Shown: in pieces, positions 24,617 through 37,661 of the stretch | Position numbering within the stretch: the stretch's first letter is position 1 | Layout of the letters: the number at the start of each line of letters is the position of its first letter | NCBI GenBank assembly: GCA_017654855.1 | Contig: CM030335.1 | Location: 310,001 to 374,000, forward strand | Source of the DNA: Podospora anserina | Taxonomy: Eukaryota | Length of the DNA: 64,000 nucleotides | Direction of reading: 5' to 3' | Notes under the pieces: generated by a model | The model's input: the letters and a program-made list of their open reading frames with translations, nothing else | Database searches by the model: none | Told to the model about the DNA's origin: nothing | Position numbers and translations under genes: made by a program

Positions 24617-26541
24617 TCAACCTCTCGCCTTGATGATGTCGGCCGCCTTCTCGGCAATCGCATAGACCGTTGCTTGCAGAGAGGTGCCACTAATCAGAGG
24701 AATGACACTAGCATCTACCACACTCAGCCCCTTGACGCCATACACCCTTAGGTCAGACCCAACACACCCTCCCAGCTTTTCGGGCATCATGGCGCATGTG
24801 CCAGACGGGTGGGCCAAACTGGCAAACAATGCTAACCGATTTGCCTTGAGATAGTCCGAGATCTCTGTGTCTGTCTGGTACTCCGCGCCCGGTTGTCTTT
24901 CCGTCGGGCCCAGTTTCTGAAGAGCTGGGCTGGCCCAGTACCTGCGAGAGCGCCGGACAACCGCGACGGCAAGTTCTTCATCGATCGGGTTTATGAAGGT
25001 GTTGTATTGTACCACTGGAAGACTTTCTGGATGAGTCAAGTTGAGCGTTACGGTACCCCTGGAAAGAGGCTTCAGCAGCGGAGACGGGCTCTGGCCGTTG
25101 CCACGTAGAGGCTGGGCTGTGTATGATGATGTGTTGGTCGTGAATCGCTGCGCCAGAATGGCGCGTTGAGCTTTGAAACCTCGAAGAAGAGCCGAACTGG
25201 TGCTGTAAATGGCTGGTAAGTACTGCCTTGCATCCTGTGCTAAGAGCCGGGAGGCTACGGAGGCCGCAGCCGAAGGTGACAGGACCTGTGCAAGTGAATA
25301 GTAGATGATGCTGTTGCTGTTGGCAGCTGCGACTGGCCCTGTTCTGTTGGTGAGGTATTCTTCCCAGACGGTCGCATTGTACGTGGCGTTGTTCGATATG
25401 CTATCGGAGTTGGGAAATGATGGCGTGGAGAGGTTGAACCACAGCACAACTGTCGCATGGTCTTGAAAGTTGGCCCCCACAGAGGGCAGGTCTTTCTCAA
25501 CTTTGATACCAGCTGCCTTGAGCACCGATGCGGGACCGATGCCGCTGACTTGCAACAAATGAGGAGTCATCACAGCTCCTGCTGCCAGGATGACCTCCTT
25601 CCGTGCATAAACGTTGCGAACCTTGGCGTCAAAACTGGAAACGACCCGCACTCCCTTCGCTCTCAAAGGCTTTCCGCGGTCGAACAGTAACTCTGTCGCC
25701 GTCTGACCAATGACAAGACGCAGATTTGAGCGAGTCTTGTTGACAGGGTCGTAGTAGGCACTGCGTGCAGTCGATCGGGTCATGCCGCGGGCATCAATCG
25801 TATTTGCTGACCAGTACGCGCCTGGCCCAAATCCAGAAGAGGACCCTGGTGGAAAGGTAACTCCGGGTTGTTGTCTGAAGCCTTCCCAAATTGTATCAAT
25901 GTCAGGGTACTGGAAGTTGGAGATATGAACCTGGACGGGGCCTTTTCCATATGCGGCAGTATTCCAGGTGATATTCCACCGGTCCACCACGTCGGGGTTG
26001 GGAGGAGTGAAGGTTGTGCTCTTCTTGAAGTAGGGCAGCAGCCCATTCCACCCCCAGCCTGGATTGCCCAATTCCTCCCAAGCATCGTAGTCTGCCTTGC
26101 TTCCGCGGTCACATCCCATGCCGTTGACAACTGTTGCGCCTCCAACAACAGCTGCAACAGTCACATTGTGTGTAGCATTGTAAAGCTTCGAATTTGGTGC
26201 AGACCGGGGGTTGAGTAGAACGCTTGTGTCGACGGCGGTGGAATACCAAGGTATGATGGCCTCGGGTTTGTCGTCAAAGTAGCCTCGCTCAATCACGAGG
26301 ACAGTGTCTGAACAACTGTGGTGTTAATGATAAAACAAATCTGTTGCATCTCGTCAGACATACTGTGGCGATTTTCAGTCAGCCGATTGGCAACCACTAG
26401 CCCCGATGTCCCTCCGCCCACAACGACATAGTCGAAGGTGCTGCTGTCAGTCGCAAAGTGATGGGAACCTGTAGCAGCTGCGGAGTGAACTGCTAGAGCA
26501 CAACCCAGCACAGTCAACGGTGAAGTCGTCCCGAGCCCCAT
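24617..26541 (-). CDS. Secreted GMC oxidoreductase (CAZy AA3); 1 intron
   Basis: Signal peptide, FDYVVVGGGTSGLVVANRLTE FAD motif, VGGATVVNGM, EVILAAGAVMTPHLLQVSGIG, VGANFQDH, HPSGTCAM and YAIAEKAADII. Confidence 0.95.
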
Positions 26542-28798
26542 TTCGTCTTTTCAACGGCGAAGGGGATGGCAAAAAAGTGAGGAAGTGGACGAGCAATGCT
26601 GAGAATAAGCTAAGAGATATATGTCGGACCGCGCCACGATTGCGACTTCTTGAAGCATTGCGACGTTTACGACACACCATATTGGCCAGAATCAGCTTAC
26701 TGCATTGAAGAGCTCCGATAGTCCTGCAGCAAGCGGGGTGCTGAAAATGTGGTAGGGTCGTTCATTGGCTATGCGGCAGCTACCAGGTAGGGTCGAGAGG
26801 CATATCATTGCTGAGCATACAGGAAGAGGTAACATTCTTGATGCTATATATCGGCGAAAGTGACGTTCTGACTAAGCGCCAGACCTATAACTCAGTTCAA
26901 ATGCCAGCAGAAGCCAGGCCCGTAGAAACGAAGAAAAGGGGGACATACCAGAGCCCAACCAATTGCCAGGCAGGCGAGTCAAACCAGACAACTTGAAAGA
27001 CCTGCTTGTGGTGTGTCTCCCCCTGTTCGTTATATGATCGTAGACTTGAAGTTGTCAGGGCCCAGGATCGGCGATGGTGGACTGAGGTGCGGGAGAATAT
27101 TCGATTGCTTCTCAGCCACACAGACCACAGACCACAGACCACAGAGACCACGAAGAGTGACCCGGGGCGTGATATTGAGAGAGCGAGGTAGCTAAAGGGT
27201 GTGTAGCACAATCTGGATCCTGTCTCCGCGCCATCGTTGGCCAGCGTGACCGTTCCGCGATGTGTGTCGCAAAATGATCTATATCCAGTCAGCCATGTTG
27301 CGGGGTCAACGTTGGTCAAGATCCGGATGTGTGCAGAACCAATACAATCCTCCAATATAAAAAGAGATACTAGCCAAACTATACAATCTGTTGCCTCTTT
27401 GATAAAGCATAAAACACAGAGTACAGAGAAGCGCCCACTTAATGGGACTATCAGGTGATACAGGCTGCAAGAGACATGGCGAATTGTCGGCGAGTCGGCA
27501 ACGTTCCTTCCTGTTGAGCTGTGACCAGAACATGGTGCCTTCCCCTTCTCGAAGTCGCGCGCAGCAAAGGAGGACAGGGCTGGCACCTGCCTGTCCAATC
27601 GCCCTGCGATGCTAAGATGAATATGGCAACAGGCTCCTTCCCGACCCTGACAGCCGGGCAAGATTTCTTCTCCTGGACACTTTTCTTCCATAAAGCCCGA
27701 CCTCACTTTTTTGTTACCCTCCCGTTTCTCTTCCATTTCTAGACAAACCGTCGCTGGGTGGAGGTGCTCGATTCTGCGGAGTGCAGGGTGATGGTCTGAT
27801 CTGTCACCAGAAAAAGAAACTCGCCTTCGAGTCTTCTGTCGGGTCGTTCCAGCGCTGATTCAGCAGAGATGTCTCGACGACGGTCTGTGATAGGCCTGCC
27901 ACCACCTCGTCCTCTGTCGCACCTGTCGTGAACAGGAGAACAAACTCATCCCACCACCATTGGCCGGGTCCCCAGACAAGTCATCCAGAGCGGTCTAGAG
28001 CCCAGGGTTCATCCCACAGACTCATACACGATACGGACCCTGTCTTGCTGCGATCGGCCAGCCACCGGAGCAACACAGCTGCTGTGGCCAGCGGACAGCG
28101 TCTGCGACAACATCTCTTTTGGGCCAGCATTTGTCACATCATGGCTGCCCTGACCTCGCACTGTGGCGTTCAGGTTGTGCCTTCCGGCCGTCTACCGACG
28201 ACGACACTCGATCCCCGGTCACTCCACGCTATCCCGTTATCGCCAGCGCGCAATATCTACTGCATCTCCAGGGTTGTTGCTGTTGCTTTTTGCTGGGACG
28301 AGTTGGCGCTCGCCACATCCACCACCTCACCACCACGTTTCCGGCGTTCCATGAGAATCATGGCTGCCGCTGCTTGTGGCACTGCCTTTCACCACACCCC
28401 TCCCCCTTCCCCCCCTGAGCACCCCCTACCCTGCTTGCCTTTTATTCCATATTTCTCTTGTGTCTCCGCGGCGCTCGATCTCATCCGAGGACACAAGTCA
28501 ATGACCTCTTCGCTCTTCGACATCATCCTCTGATAGCACCTTCCATCTTCGCGAGAACGACCTCGCCATTTTTACACCATCATCACGACGCCCTCTGCGT
28601 TGTTGTCTCCGCCGCCTCCATCCCCACGTGCCGCAAAGCCCCCCCTGAGTCCCTTCCCGGCATCAAGTGAGGTTGGCGCCACGTCCAGCCATGCCTCTTC
28701 ACTGGAAGGACAATCCTATAATATCATCAACAGCTCTTCTCACGCAAGAGACCAAGTCTTATCAAGGTCCCTTCTCAGACCCTCGACCATCAACCCAT

Positions 28799-31700
28799 AT
28801 GTCCTCGCCAGAGCTGGTCGAAAGAGTCTTTCCCATCCGCCTATCTATTCTTGAGAACTCGCCATATCTGCGAAATAGTGATAGTATGTGTTCCTTCCAC
28901 CCCTGCGACGTACAATCATGCTGACTCAAAGTGCTCAGCTGCTGGAGTTGCTCTTTCAGTTGTTCCTGTTCAGGCAGAAGACCATTCTGTGACTGGTGTG
29001 GAAGCCCAGGTGGCAGCCCCCGATGGGCTTGTCCCAGGGCCAGATCCTCAAGCACCGTTGATAACACCCGAAGCTGTTATCGAACATGGCCCTGACGAGG
29101 CATTGAGATCGTCGAATCCTTTGGTGACGGACAGATTTGAATACACCGTCATGAACGACGGGTCACACGGCGTCTTTCAGGGCACACGACGAGTTGTCAC
29201 TCGTTGCGAAGATGAGTTGATCCACATCCCCGGAGCGATTCAATCGCATGGTATGCTCGTGGCTCTGAAGCGGCGAGCAGAAGGAGTCTACATTCCCCGG
29301 GTTGTGAGCGAAAACTCGTTTCAAGTCTGCCACTTTCACCCTGCCGAGATCTTTGCCCTCGACAGCTTCAACAAGGTGGTACCGACCTACCAGCGACCAC
29401 TGTTTAATACCCAGCTAAGAAGTGTGAGAACCACGTACGAGATCACGAGGAAAGAGCAAGAACCTGTGGTATTCGACTTTTCCTTTAGCGATCCCGAAGG
29501 ACTCATTATTCCATGCTGGTGCGCTGTTCACTACCTTGGAGGCGAAGTCGACTTGTACATTTGCGAATTTGAGTTGCAGGACAACGCATTGCACCCCATG
29601 GCCCATTACTGGCAGGCTGATGTGCCGCCAAATCCCATCGACACTCTAGGAAGCGACCACATGGATCTTGCCACTGTCTCAAGCATGCAGACTCGCAGTC
29701 AACCTGTCATTTCCAGTCCAGACGCCCTGTGTGGCGGTCTTGGCCCCAATGCATCCTCGGTCGAGGTCGTCAACGTGGCAACCAAGATTCAAAAACAATT
29801 CTCAGCCGCAAAATCGGTTTCCCAGTTGCTGGATTCTATTGTCGGCGTGGTTAAGGAACTCTCAAGGTTCAACCGGGTCATGGTGTACCAGTTTGACCAA
29901 GACTTCAACGGCACGGTCATCGCCGAGCTCATGGATCCCGCCACAAGTCGTGATGTTTACCGTGGTTTGCACTTTCCACACACAGATATCCCACCTCAAG
30001 CACGGCGCCTGTACATGGTCAACAAAGTTCGTGTGCTTTTCGACAGAACACAGACTACCGCCCGGTTGGTGGGTAGAGACCGGAAAGACATCGAAACCCC
30101 ATTGAATCTCACACACTCGTATCTCCGAGCAATGTCGCCGGTCCATCTCAAATATTTGGAAAATATGGAGGTTCGATCTTCCATGTCTCTGTCGCTCGAG
30201 TCGGAGGGCAAGCTTTGGGGGCTGATCATTTGCCACTCATATGGACCCACGGCAACGCGTGTACCTTTTACGGTGCGGGAATTGATATATTTTGTGGGCG
30301 TCTCAGCATCGACCTGTTTGGAGAAGCTGCTCAACGCCGACAGGCTCAAAGCTCGGCGCATCATTGAGACACTTCAAGACCAAAAGAGCCCCAATGAATG
30401 CATCACGGCATCGTCGGACGAGCTACTCAAACTCTTCGAGGCCGACTGTGGCTTCCTTGTGGTGGAGGGTGAGGCTAGAACAATTGGGCGACTGGCAGCA
30501 TATGCCGAGGCCGTAACACTGCTCAAGTATTTGTTCTTCCGAAGATCGAGCAGAATACTCGTCTCGAGCAACTTTGCCCATGATTTTCAGGATCTTCACT
30601 ATCCAAGCGGCTTCAAGGCAATTGCCGGTGTCTTGTACATCCCATTGTCGGGGATGACGGACGACTGTGTGGTGTTTTATCGCCGAAGTCAGCTTCGAGA
30701 GGTTCACTGGGCAGGGAAGCCATGCCTGGCAGGCAAGTTTGGCACGCTGGAACCTCGCAACAGCTTTCAAAAATGGACCGAAGTGGTGGATGGAACCAGC
30801 AAGAGCTGGACACCAGAGCAAGGTAGGCACCGCACCATCGTGCCAAGGGACGAGTAACGGACTGACCGAAACTAGCCACCCTGGCCACCATGGCCCAGCT
30901 TGTTTACGGCAGCTTTATCAGAGTCTGGCGTGAGAAGGAATCCGCTGTCAAAGAGACAAGGTTGAAGCGTCTGCTTCTGCATGATGCATCACACCAAGGT
31001 AAGCGATTCAAGGGAAGAGATTTTCCCATCCCAACGCTGACATACACCGACAGTGCGAACACCCCTGAACGCAGTGATCAACTACCTTGAGATGGCCCTC
31101 GAGAAGCCTCTGGAGGAGAGCACCAAGCAAGCTCTCACGTCGTCCTACACGGCATCCAAGTCTCTCATCTACGTCATAGATGACCTCCTGAATTTGACAG
31201 GGAGCGCAACTGGGTCGATCCCGCAGCTCTCCAACCTCTTTGATGTGGGAGTCTGCTTGGAGGAGGCCATGGAACCTCTCGAGCGGCTGGCAAGGGAGAA
31301 GGGAATCGAGGTTGTTCTCAAACCCTGCACAGGAGCTGTTCGATTCGTGCGAGGTGACCCATCCAGTCTCCAACGGGCCGTCTCCATACTGGTCGCCAAC
31401 GCCATTCAGCATACAGTCAGGGGGCGGGTGTTGGTCGAGTGGACTACAACGTGCAAGAAAATGGAAAGCTGCACGATGCAAATTTCGGTCAGCGACTCGG
31501 GCCCCGGTCTCAGCGAACGAGCCCTCGATGACATGTTTCAGGAATTTGAGCAGGTTCCAGACGAAGACTTTGACGAGCTCATGGGCCAGTCGCTGGCGCC
31601 GAGGGACAATGTCCTTCGCGTCGGTGTTGGACTAGCCTTTGTGGCCCGCTATGTCAAACAACAGAACGGGCAGCTGAGAGTGAAGTCAGTCAAAGGACTT

Positions 31701-33033
31701 GGCTCAACTTTCATCATCGAGGCGCCCTTTACCGTGGTATCGCGCGCACACTCTCTGGCTGCACGTAGGGACGCATCCCCGCTCCCAGCATTGCCCATGC
31801 CTGGACGCCCGTCGGTTTTGGGGTCGTTTCCCCCCAAAACACACGACATCACACCGGCAGGATCGTCAGGTGCGGGCCTGGGATCCAAGATGGGTGCCTC
31901 GCCACCCATCGTTGTGCCGACACCAAGCATTTCGCCCATGGACACGGCGCGGACGCCGACGACACTCTGCTTTACCGTCCTGATTGCCGATGACAACATT
32001 ATTAATATCCAAATTCTCAACCGTCGCCTGACCAAGTTCGGTCACAAGGTTCTTGTCAGTCGCGATGGCCAAGAGTGTTATAACATGTTTGCGGCGAATC
32101 AAGCTACTACTGATTTTATCCTGATGGATCTCAACGTGAGTTCCGTTGCATCCTTTCGCACATGCTTGCCTTCTCTAACCAGATACTCGTGAACAGATGC
32201 CCGTCGTCGACGGTTGGGCTTCGGTTAAGATGATAAGAGACCTCGAAAACGCCAGACCGACCCCATCTCGCGTTGTCCAAGCCTATGGCCGTGTCCCTGT
32301 CTTTGCCATCTCTGGCATGCTCCGGCGTGGAGACGAACAGCGGTACAAGGATGTGGGCTTTGACGGCTGGATGCCCAAGCCCATTGATATGAAACGACTC
32401 TCCACCTACTTGACCGGTGCTGTCGACGCACCAACACGGAAGCAGGGTGTTTATCAAGAGACACACTTTGCCATGGGCGGGTGGTTTCCCGAGGAGACTG
32501 TCCCACCACTTGTTATGGAGAGGCAGTTGCAGCCGGAAGAGGAAGTTATTGAGATTGAACATGTTAAGGAAGAAAATCCCGAAGCAGCTTACATTCCTCT
32601 TCCTGTGACAGCAATGGAGTCTCCATCAGTGCCGAGGGCTGATGACTCCTTCTTCCCCAGCAAGGACTGGAGCGTACCGCCAGCCAACGAAGATGATCAT
32701 CGAATGGCTTGTCCTCTTCCACTTGAAAAGGATGGTGTTGGCCAGAAAGAAACTCCCCCTCCTGACAGCGCCATCGCCATCCACTCCACCATGAATACGC
32801 CCGCGGTGGAGGCTAGCCCGGAGATTTGGAGCCTGCATCAACCTCAACCACCAACGGACAGCATCGAAGCAGTGCTGGAAGCTGATGAGTGCCCTCCATC
32901 GAGTGAGGGCGCAGCAAAGCCAGTATCTGGCCGAGGTCATGCCCAGACACCGGCAGCGAGACCGCTTCAAGTGGACCCCTTTTCTGAATACTGCTCGCAG
33001 CCAGAGGTATCGTCTCCTGCGAGGACGATTTGA
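28799..33033 (+). CDS. Fungal phytochrome (PAS-GAF-PHY-HisKA-HATPase-receiver hybrid histidine kinase); about 4 introns
   Basis: N-terminal ERVFPIR, bilin-binding region RCEDELIHIPGAIQSHG, FNRVMVYQFD, GLHFPHTDIPPQAR, LRAMSPVH, LWGLIICH, PRNSF, H-box SHQ|VRTPLNA, DSGPG and receiver ILMDLN|MPVVDG..KPID. Start inferred through intron 28884-28938. Confidence 0.92.
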
Positions 33034-34182
33034 ACAGTCTCATTTCTCCTCTGTTTTCTTTTCCGTTTGTAAAGTAATGATTTGTTTATGCTTTCTTGTT
33101 TGCGGCCTACTCTTTGGTGTTTTGGTAAGGGGTTGGGTGTTGAGATGGTCTGGAACAATTTACGATAAGGAACAACATTCCGGATGATCAATGGGTGTTT
33201 GTTGTTTTGTCATGTATTTCGTGTCTCATTTGTTCTGGGTCATCTAGGCGGCATATTGTTCTTCCTGCTGTCAGCCCCTGTCATGGAGCATAAATCTCGA
33301 GCATTGTTTACAGGCAGCACATCGGAGCAAAGAAACAGCTACAAAACTTTTGAAATTTTGTTGCGAGGGGAAACGGTGGAGTGAGTTTTGTGGCAGGTTG
33401 TTCAAGTGGGTTTGGATGAGGGTGTGTGTGATGCAATAATAAGTAAATGGTATTTGAACAAGGAGGTCTTTTCCTACTGAAGAATGTAAGTGTTGTTATT
33501 GATGGGCATTTGTCTACGTTTTGCCACCTCCATCTTGTATGGTTTTTCTGATTAGAATAGTATCACCACACAAGACAAAGGTTGTCTGTCAATCAGAGTC
33601 CACACAAACAGAAGACATGGAGCGAAACAGTGCGAAAATTCAATGATGAGGGGGAATATAAAAGCCTATAAAAAACAGCTAGTAAATACACAGACAACCA
33701 CCCTCCCTACCCTTTCTACCACCCGCCCGCCTTTCTCATTTCCCTCCTGCCACTAACAATTCAAGACCATTTCCCCACCTTTTCTTTCCCTCCCCTGAAA
33801 TCCATCCAATCCACCCAAACCCCACCATTATAACTTCGTTTGTCGCACTGGCATCTGTTTTCGTACCCCCTATTTCAAAGCGATTTAACCCCATTGAAAA
33901 AACACAAAGTTTGTAATAACAATAAAAAGAGGTGATAAATTCATTCCATAACCCGTTATCTTTTCTCTCTTTCTCTCTCTTTCATTGCTTTCTTCAACCC
34001 ATCATTCTCATCTCCTCCTTACCTTTCCCCCCCCAAGTTTCCACCTCCAACCAGCTAGAGATGGAAAACGCAAAAACAAAACACAAAAACAACTTTTACA
34101 CAACGACTTGCAACAACCAATACAAACAACACACACTGAAAGACTTTGCAAAAATGAGATGAAAAGAAAAAGGGGCTGAAAA

Positions 34183-34184
<2 letters not shown>

Positions 34185-34245
<61 letters not shown>
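34185..34245. repeat. (GT)30 microsatellite
   Basis: Perfect dinucleotide run in the AT-rich region between the convergent phytochrome and SOM1-like genes. Confidence 0.97.
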
Positions 34246-34246
<1 letters not shown>

Positions 34247-35006
34247 TATCTCAAGTTCTGAAACAAAACAAAACAACAGATATAAATCGAAAAATCGAAA
34301 ATGAAAAACAAGAACACAAAAATAGTGTATGTGGTATTAAAAGGATCTCCTAGATCCATTGCCTCCCCCGTCGCTACCAACCCCAGTCTTCCGTCCAACG
34401 CTTATTCCACCACCAAACAAAAAGTCAGATAAACAAACACAGCAAAAAGACAAGAAAGGAAAAGTGCGTTTGTTTGAAGATGGGACAGTCGAAAAAAAAA
34501 AAGAAAAAGTAAACACCAGAGAAAGAGAAACAAAAGCAGAGTGAGGACCGACACCCCATGCATGCGAAGCCAACCCAGGACACCGACCCGCACCCATACG
34601 CATCCCAGCTCAAATAAACCATTTACTTCCTTCTCAATGTTTAAAAAGACAAGGGGTGAGAAACAACTACCGAAAAAAGAAAATATGACCGGTTGACTCT
34701 GAAAGAACCCATGGTGTGCTGAGAGTTGCAGAGTAAGAGCGTGATTGTAAATCGCTGCTGCATGTATAAAACCGAATAAACAAAGAGCCTTGAAGAACTG
34801 CCGATATCGAGAGAGTATAGACCAGAAGAAAGGCGACCATGGGAATCATGAGCCCCAAATGGCTCACTGATCCTGACCAAGACAACCAAGGCTGGTTGAG
34901 AGTACTCGCGTTGAGAGGGCCTGGATAAAGCACCTCAGCTCGTACATACGACTTTCGCAGGACTCCGGGGCCCTTATGGTGTGTGTTGAATGAGCAGAGC
35001 GAGATC

Positions 35007-37661
35007 CTAATCCGCCGTGCCAATCGTGTTCGTCCCGTCGTCCATACCAAAACCTGTACCGCCAAAGTCAAAATTTCCCACACCGTCATCGCCGTTGGCG
35101 CCGTCGTGAAGGAATGAATCAAAGTCGAAATCGGTCAGAACGTCGTTAGACTGCGTGGGGTCGGCAAATCCAAGAGGGTATTCCTGACAAATTATGTTAG
35201 CAGACCGAGGGGTGTGTGGAAGATCTAGGGGCCCCTACCATTGCGCCTGTATCCATGTACAAATTGTTAGGATCCTGATGTTGAGGGGCGGCCACTGGTG
35301 GCGCTTGGGGAGGAGGCTGTTGGACAGCTGGCTGGCCGTTGGGAACCACCGGACCAGCGTTGATGTTCTGGTTCTTTGCAAAGTTGGCCGGGTTCGACGG
35401 GGTGATGGGCGTCGCTGGTGTTGGCGCCTCCTGCGCATTCTCGTCGCCGGCAGGCGTGGCCGCCGTGTTGTTGAGGTTATTGTTCGTCTTCTTCTGTGCG
35501 GTCTTTTGTTTGTTAGCATCACGTCCGGCCAAAGGGAGGCACAAGTCTGGAATCCAGGAAATAGCGGCCTACCTTGGCCTTGGAATTCTTGGTTTCCTTC
35601 TTCTTCGGCGCAGGCTTATTGGCAGCCTGTGGGGTAGGGGGGGCGGCGGTGCTCACTTGGGGTGACGATGTGGCGTTGCGAGAGTTTGCAGCGTTCGCAG
35701 CAACATTGGGCGCCGATGGGGGGCCCATCGTCCGCTGCGCCTGAGTTGGTGTTCCTTGGATCTGAGGAGGAGGTCCTTGGCCGGGGAGTTGTCCGTTAGG
35801 CCCGCCTGGAGCCCACTGCATTCCCGGACCCTGCATGGCCTGCCCCTGGCGCTGCGCCATCATTTGCTGGTGAGCCAGCTGCTGTTGGGGGTTGAACTGC
35901 GGGTTCGGGTGCGAGTTTGGAGGGCGCATGCCGGCACCGTTCATCTGCATGTTCATAAACTGCGGGCCTCCGTTGGGAACCATGTTGTTGCCATCCATAA
36001 AGTTCATGGCGTTCGGGGAGCTTCGGGACTGGACCGCTCCGTCGGGAAGGGGAGAGCCGCCCATGTTGGCAGCGTTGTTCATCTGCTGGGCGCGCTTCAT
36101 CTGCTCGGGGTTGGGGGAAGCACCGCTTCGGCCTCCTGGCGGGGAAGTGCCCTGCTGGAAGCCTTGGGCATTGGGTCCTGGGGGTCCGCCGGGGGGTCCG
36201 TCAGGGCGAGGCATGTTGTTGGTGCCAAGATCTTGCTCCTGGCGAGCCATCATCAGCCGCTTCTTATTCTGCTGCTCGAGCAGCATCAACTGCATCTGAT
36301 AGTCCTGCAACGCATGGTTGCTACCGCCCGTCGCTTGCCCGTTGCCTTGGACGGGCCTCATGCCGGCGGCGCCCATGTCGTTGGGATTGTAGTATTGGTT
36401 CAGAGTTGGGGCGTCGGGACCTTGGGGTACCATCGGGGAGCCCTGGCCTTGTGGACCGACGGCGTTTGCCATGGGTTTGTTGGGCATCTGGTTGCCATGG
36501 TGCTGTTGGAGGTTAGCCGAGTACGTGGCAAGAGACTTTGCTTGTACGTGTGGAGAGGCAGAGATGAAGGCCTGGAGCTGGTCAGGATTCAGCTGCGTTG
36601 GGTTGATGCCATTCTGAAGCAGTAGTGCTCGTGCTGAATCGGGGCCGTTTCCTACCTGCTGCTGACCCGGCATGCCCTGCGGTCTCCCGTTCGGCATCAT
36701 GACGCCCGCTTGGGGATTAAACGGGGCGCCGCCGTCAAGGCGCGGTCTCTTGGATGGGGATGGCGCATTCTCGGCCGACGCTGGCGATCCAGGCCTTACC
36801 CGGTTGCCTTCCATGTCGGAGGGGTCGCGTTGCATCTGGCCGGCGACCTTGTTCTGCTGGAGCATCTGCATCGTTTGAGGGCTATCGGGTTATGGATTAG
36901 CACGCTGTCCCGCAGTGGCAAGTCAAGATGGAAGAGAGGTGCAGAACATACTTTTGGTTGTTGGCCATGGCGGCCCTCTGGAGGTTGTTGCCCGGCTTCA
37001 CACCCATATTCATGGCGGCGCCATTTTGCATGCGCATCATGTGGTTCTGGTATTGCTGCTGATTGTACGCATCGGGACGCATGTTGCGCAGCAGGTTTCG
37101 CTGTTCTTCTTGCTTCATGCGAGATTGTGCCTACATGATCGCGTTAGCCAAGCCCTGGGCAGAAGCCACATATCACCGTACCTGAGTATGTTGAACATAT
37201 TGGTTGACAATCTGTCCTCCGGGTTGGCCGGGAGTCTTCTGATGCGAGAACATGGTCCAGAAGAGAGAGAACCAGTCAAACAAGAAGCAACTCTCGTTGA
37301 CATGCACGGGCACGTTAGGCGCGGGCAGGTCGTCTGGTCGCTTATCGAGGAGGTCCTTCGAGTCTGTGTCCATGGGGTCGTCGCCGAGACCGTTGCTATG
37401 CCCCGGACTTTGCTTCTTGACGTTGATGTCGCTGTCGGCGTTGAGGACAGCACGGGCGCATTCCCACATGCCAGAGCGGATGAAGTACTCGTAGATGTAT
37501 GTGTTGAGCAGCGTCCTGTGCTGGTCAGAGCCATGGCGTTGGGCGACTTGGGGCGCGAGCCCGCCATTGTTCATCATGCCCATGGGAGCGTTGACCGGGC
37601 CGCCCATGCCTGCCATGCCTGCCATGCCTGCCATGCCTGCCATGCCTGCCATGTTGTTCAT
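35007..37661 (-). CDS. SOM1: LisH-domain transcriptional regulator, SOM1/SomA/Flo8-like; multi-exon
   Basis: LLNTYIYEYF LisH, DLPAP..SCFLFDWFSLFW, RPGSPASAENAPSPSKRPRL, NHALQDYQMQLMLLEQQNKKRLMMARQEQD, TPATPITP and last exon DVLTDFDFDSFLHD. Confidence 0.9.
37605..37652 (-). repeat. 9-bp tandem repeat (ATGGCAGGC)n encoding MAG repeats in the SOM1 N-terminus
   Basis: About 5 units of ccatgcctg on the + strand; protein reads MAGMAGMAGMAGMAGM. Confidence 0.9.

Noticed and set aside
26897-27736. 279-aa ORF in the GMC/phytochrome divergent region
   Set aside because: Atypical composition, includes a CACAGAC mini-repeat and lies in probable promoter DNA.
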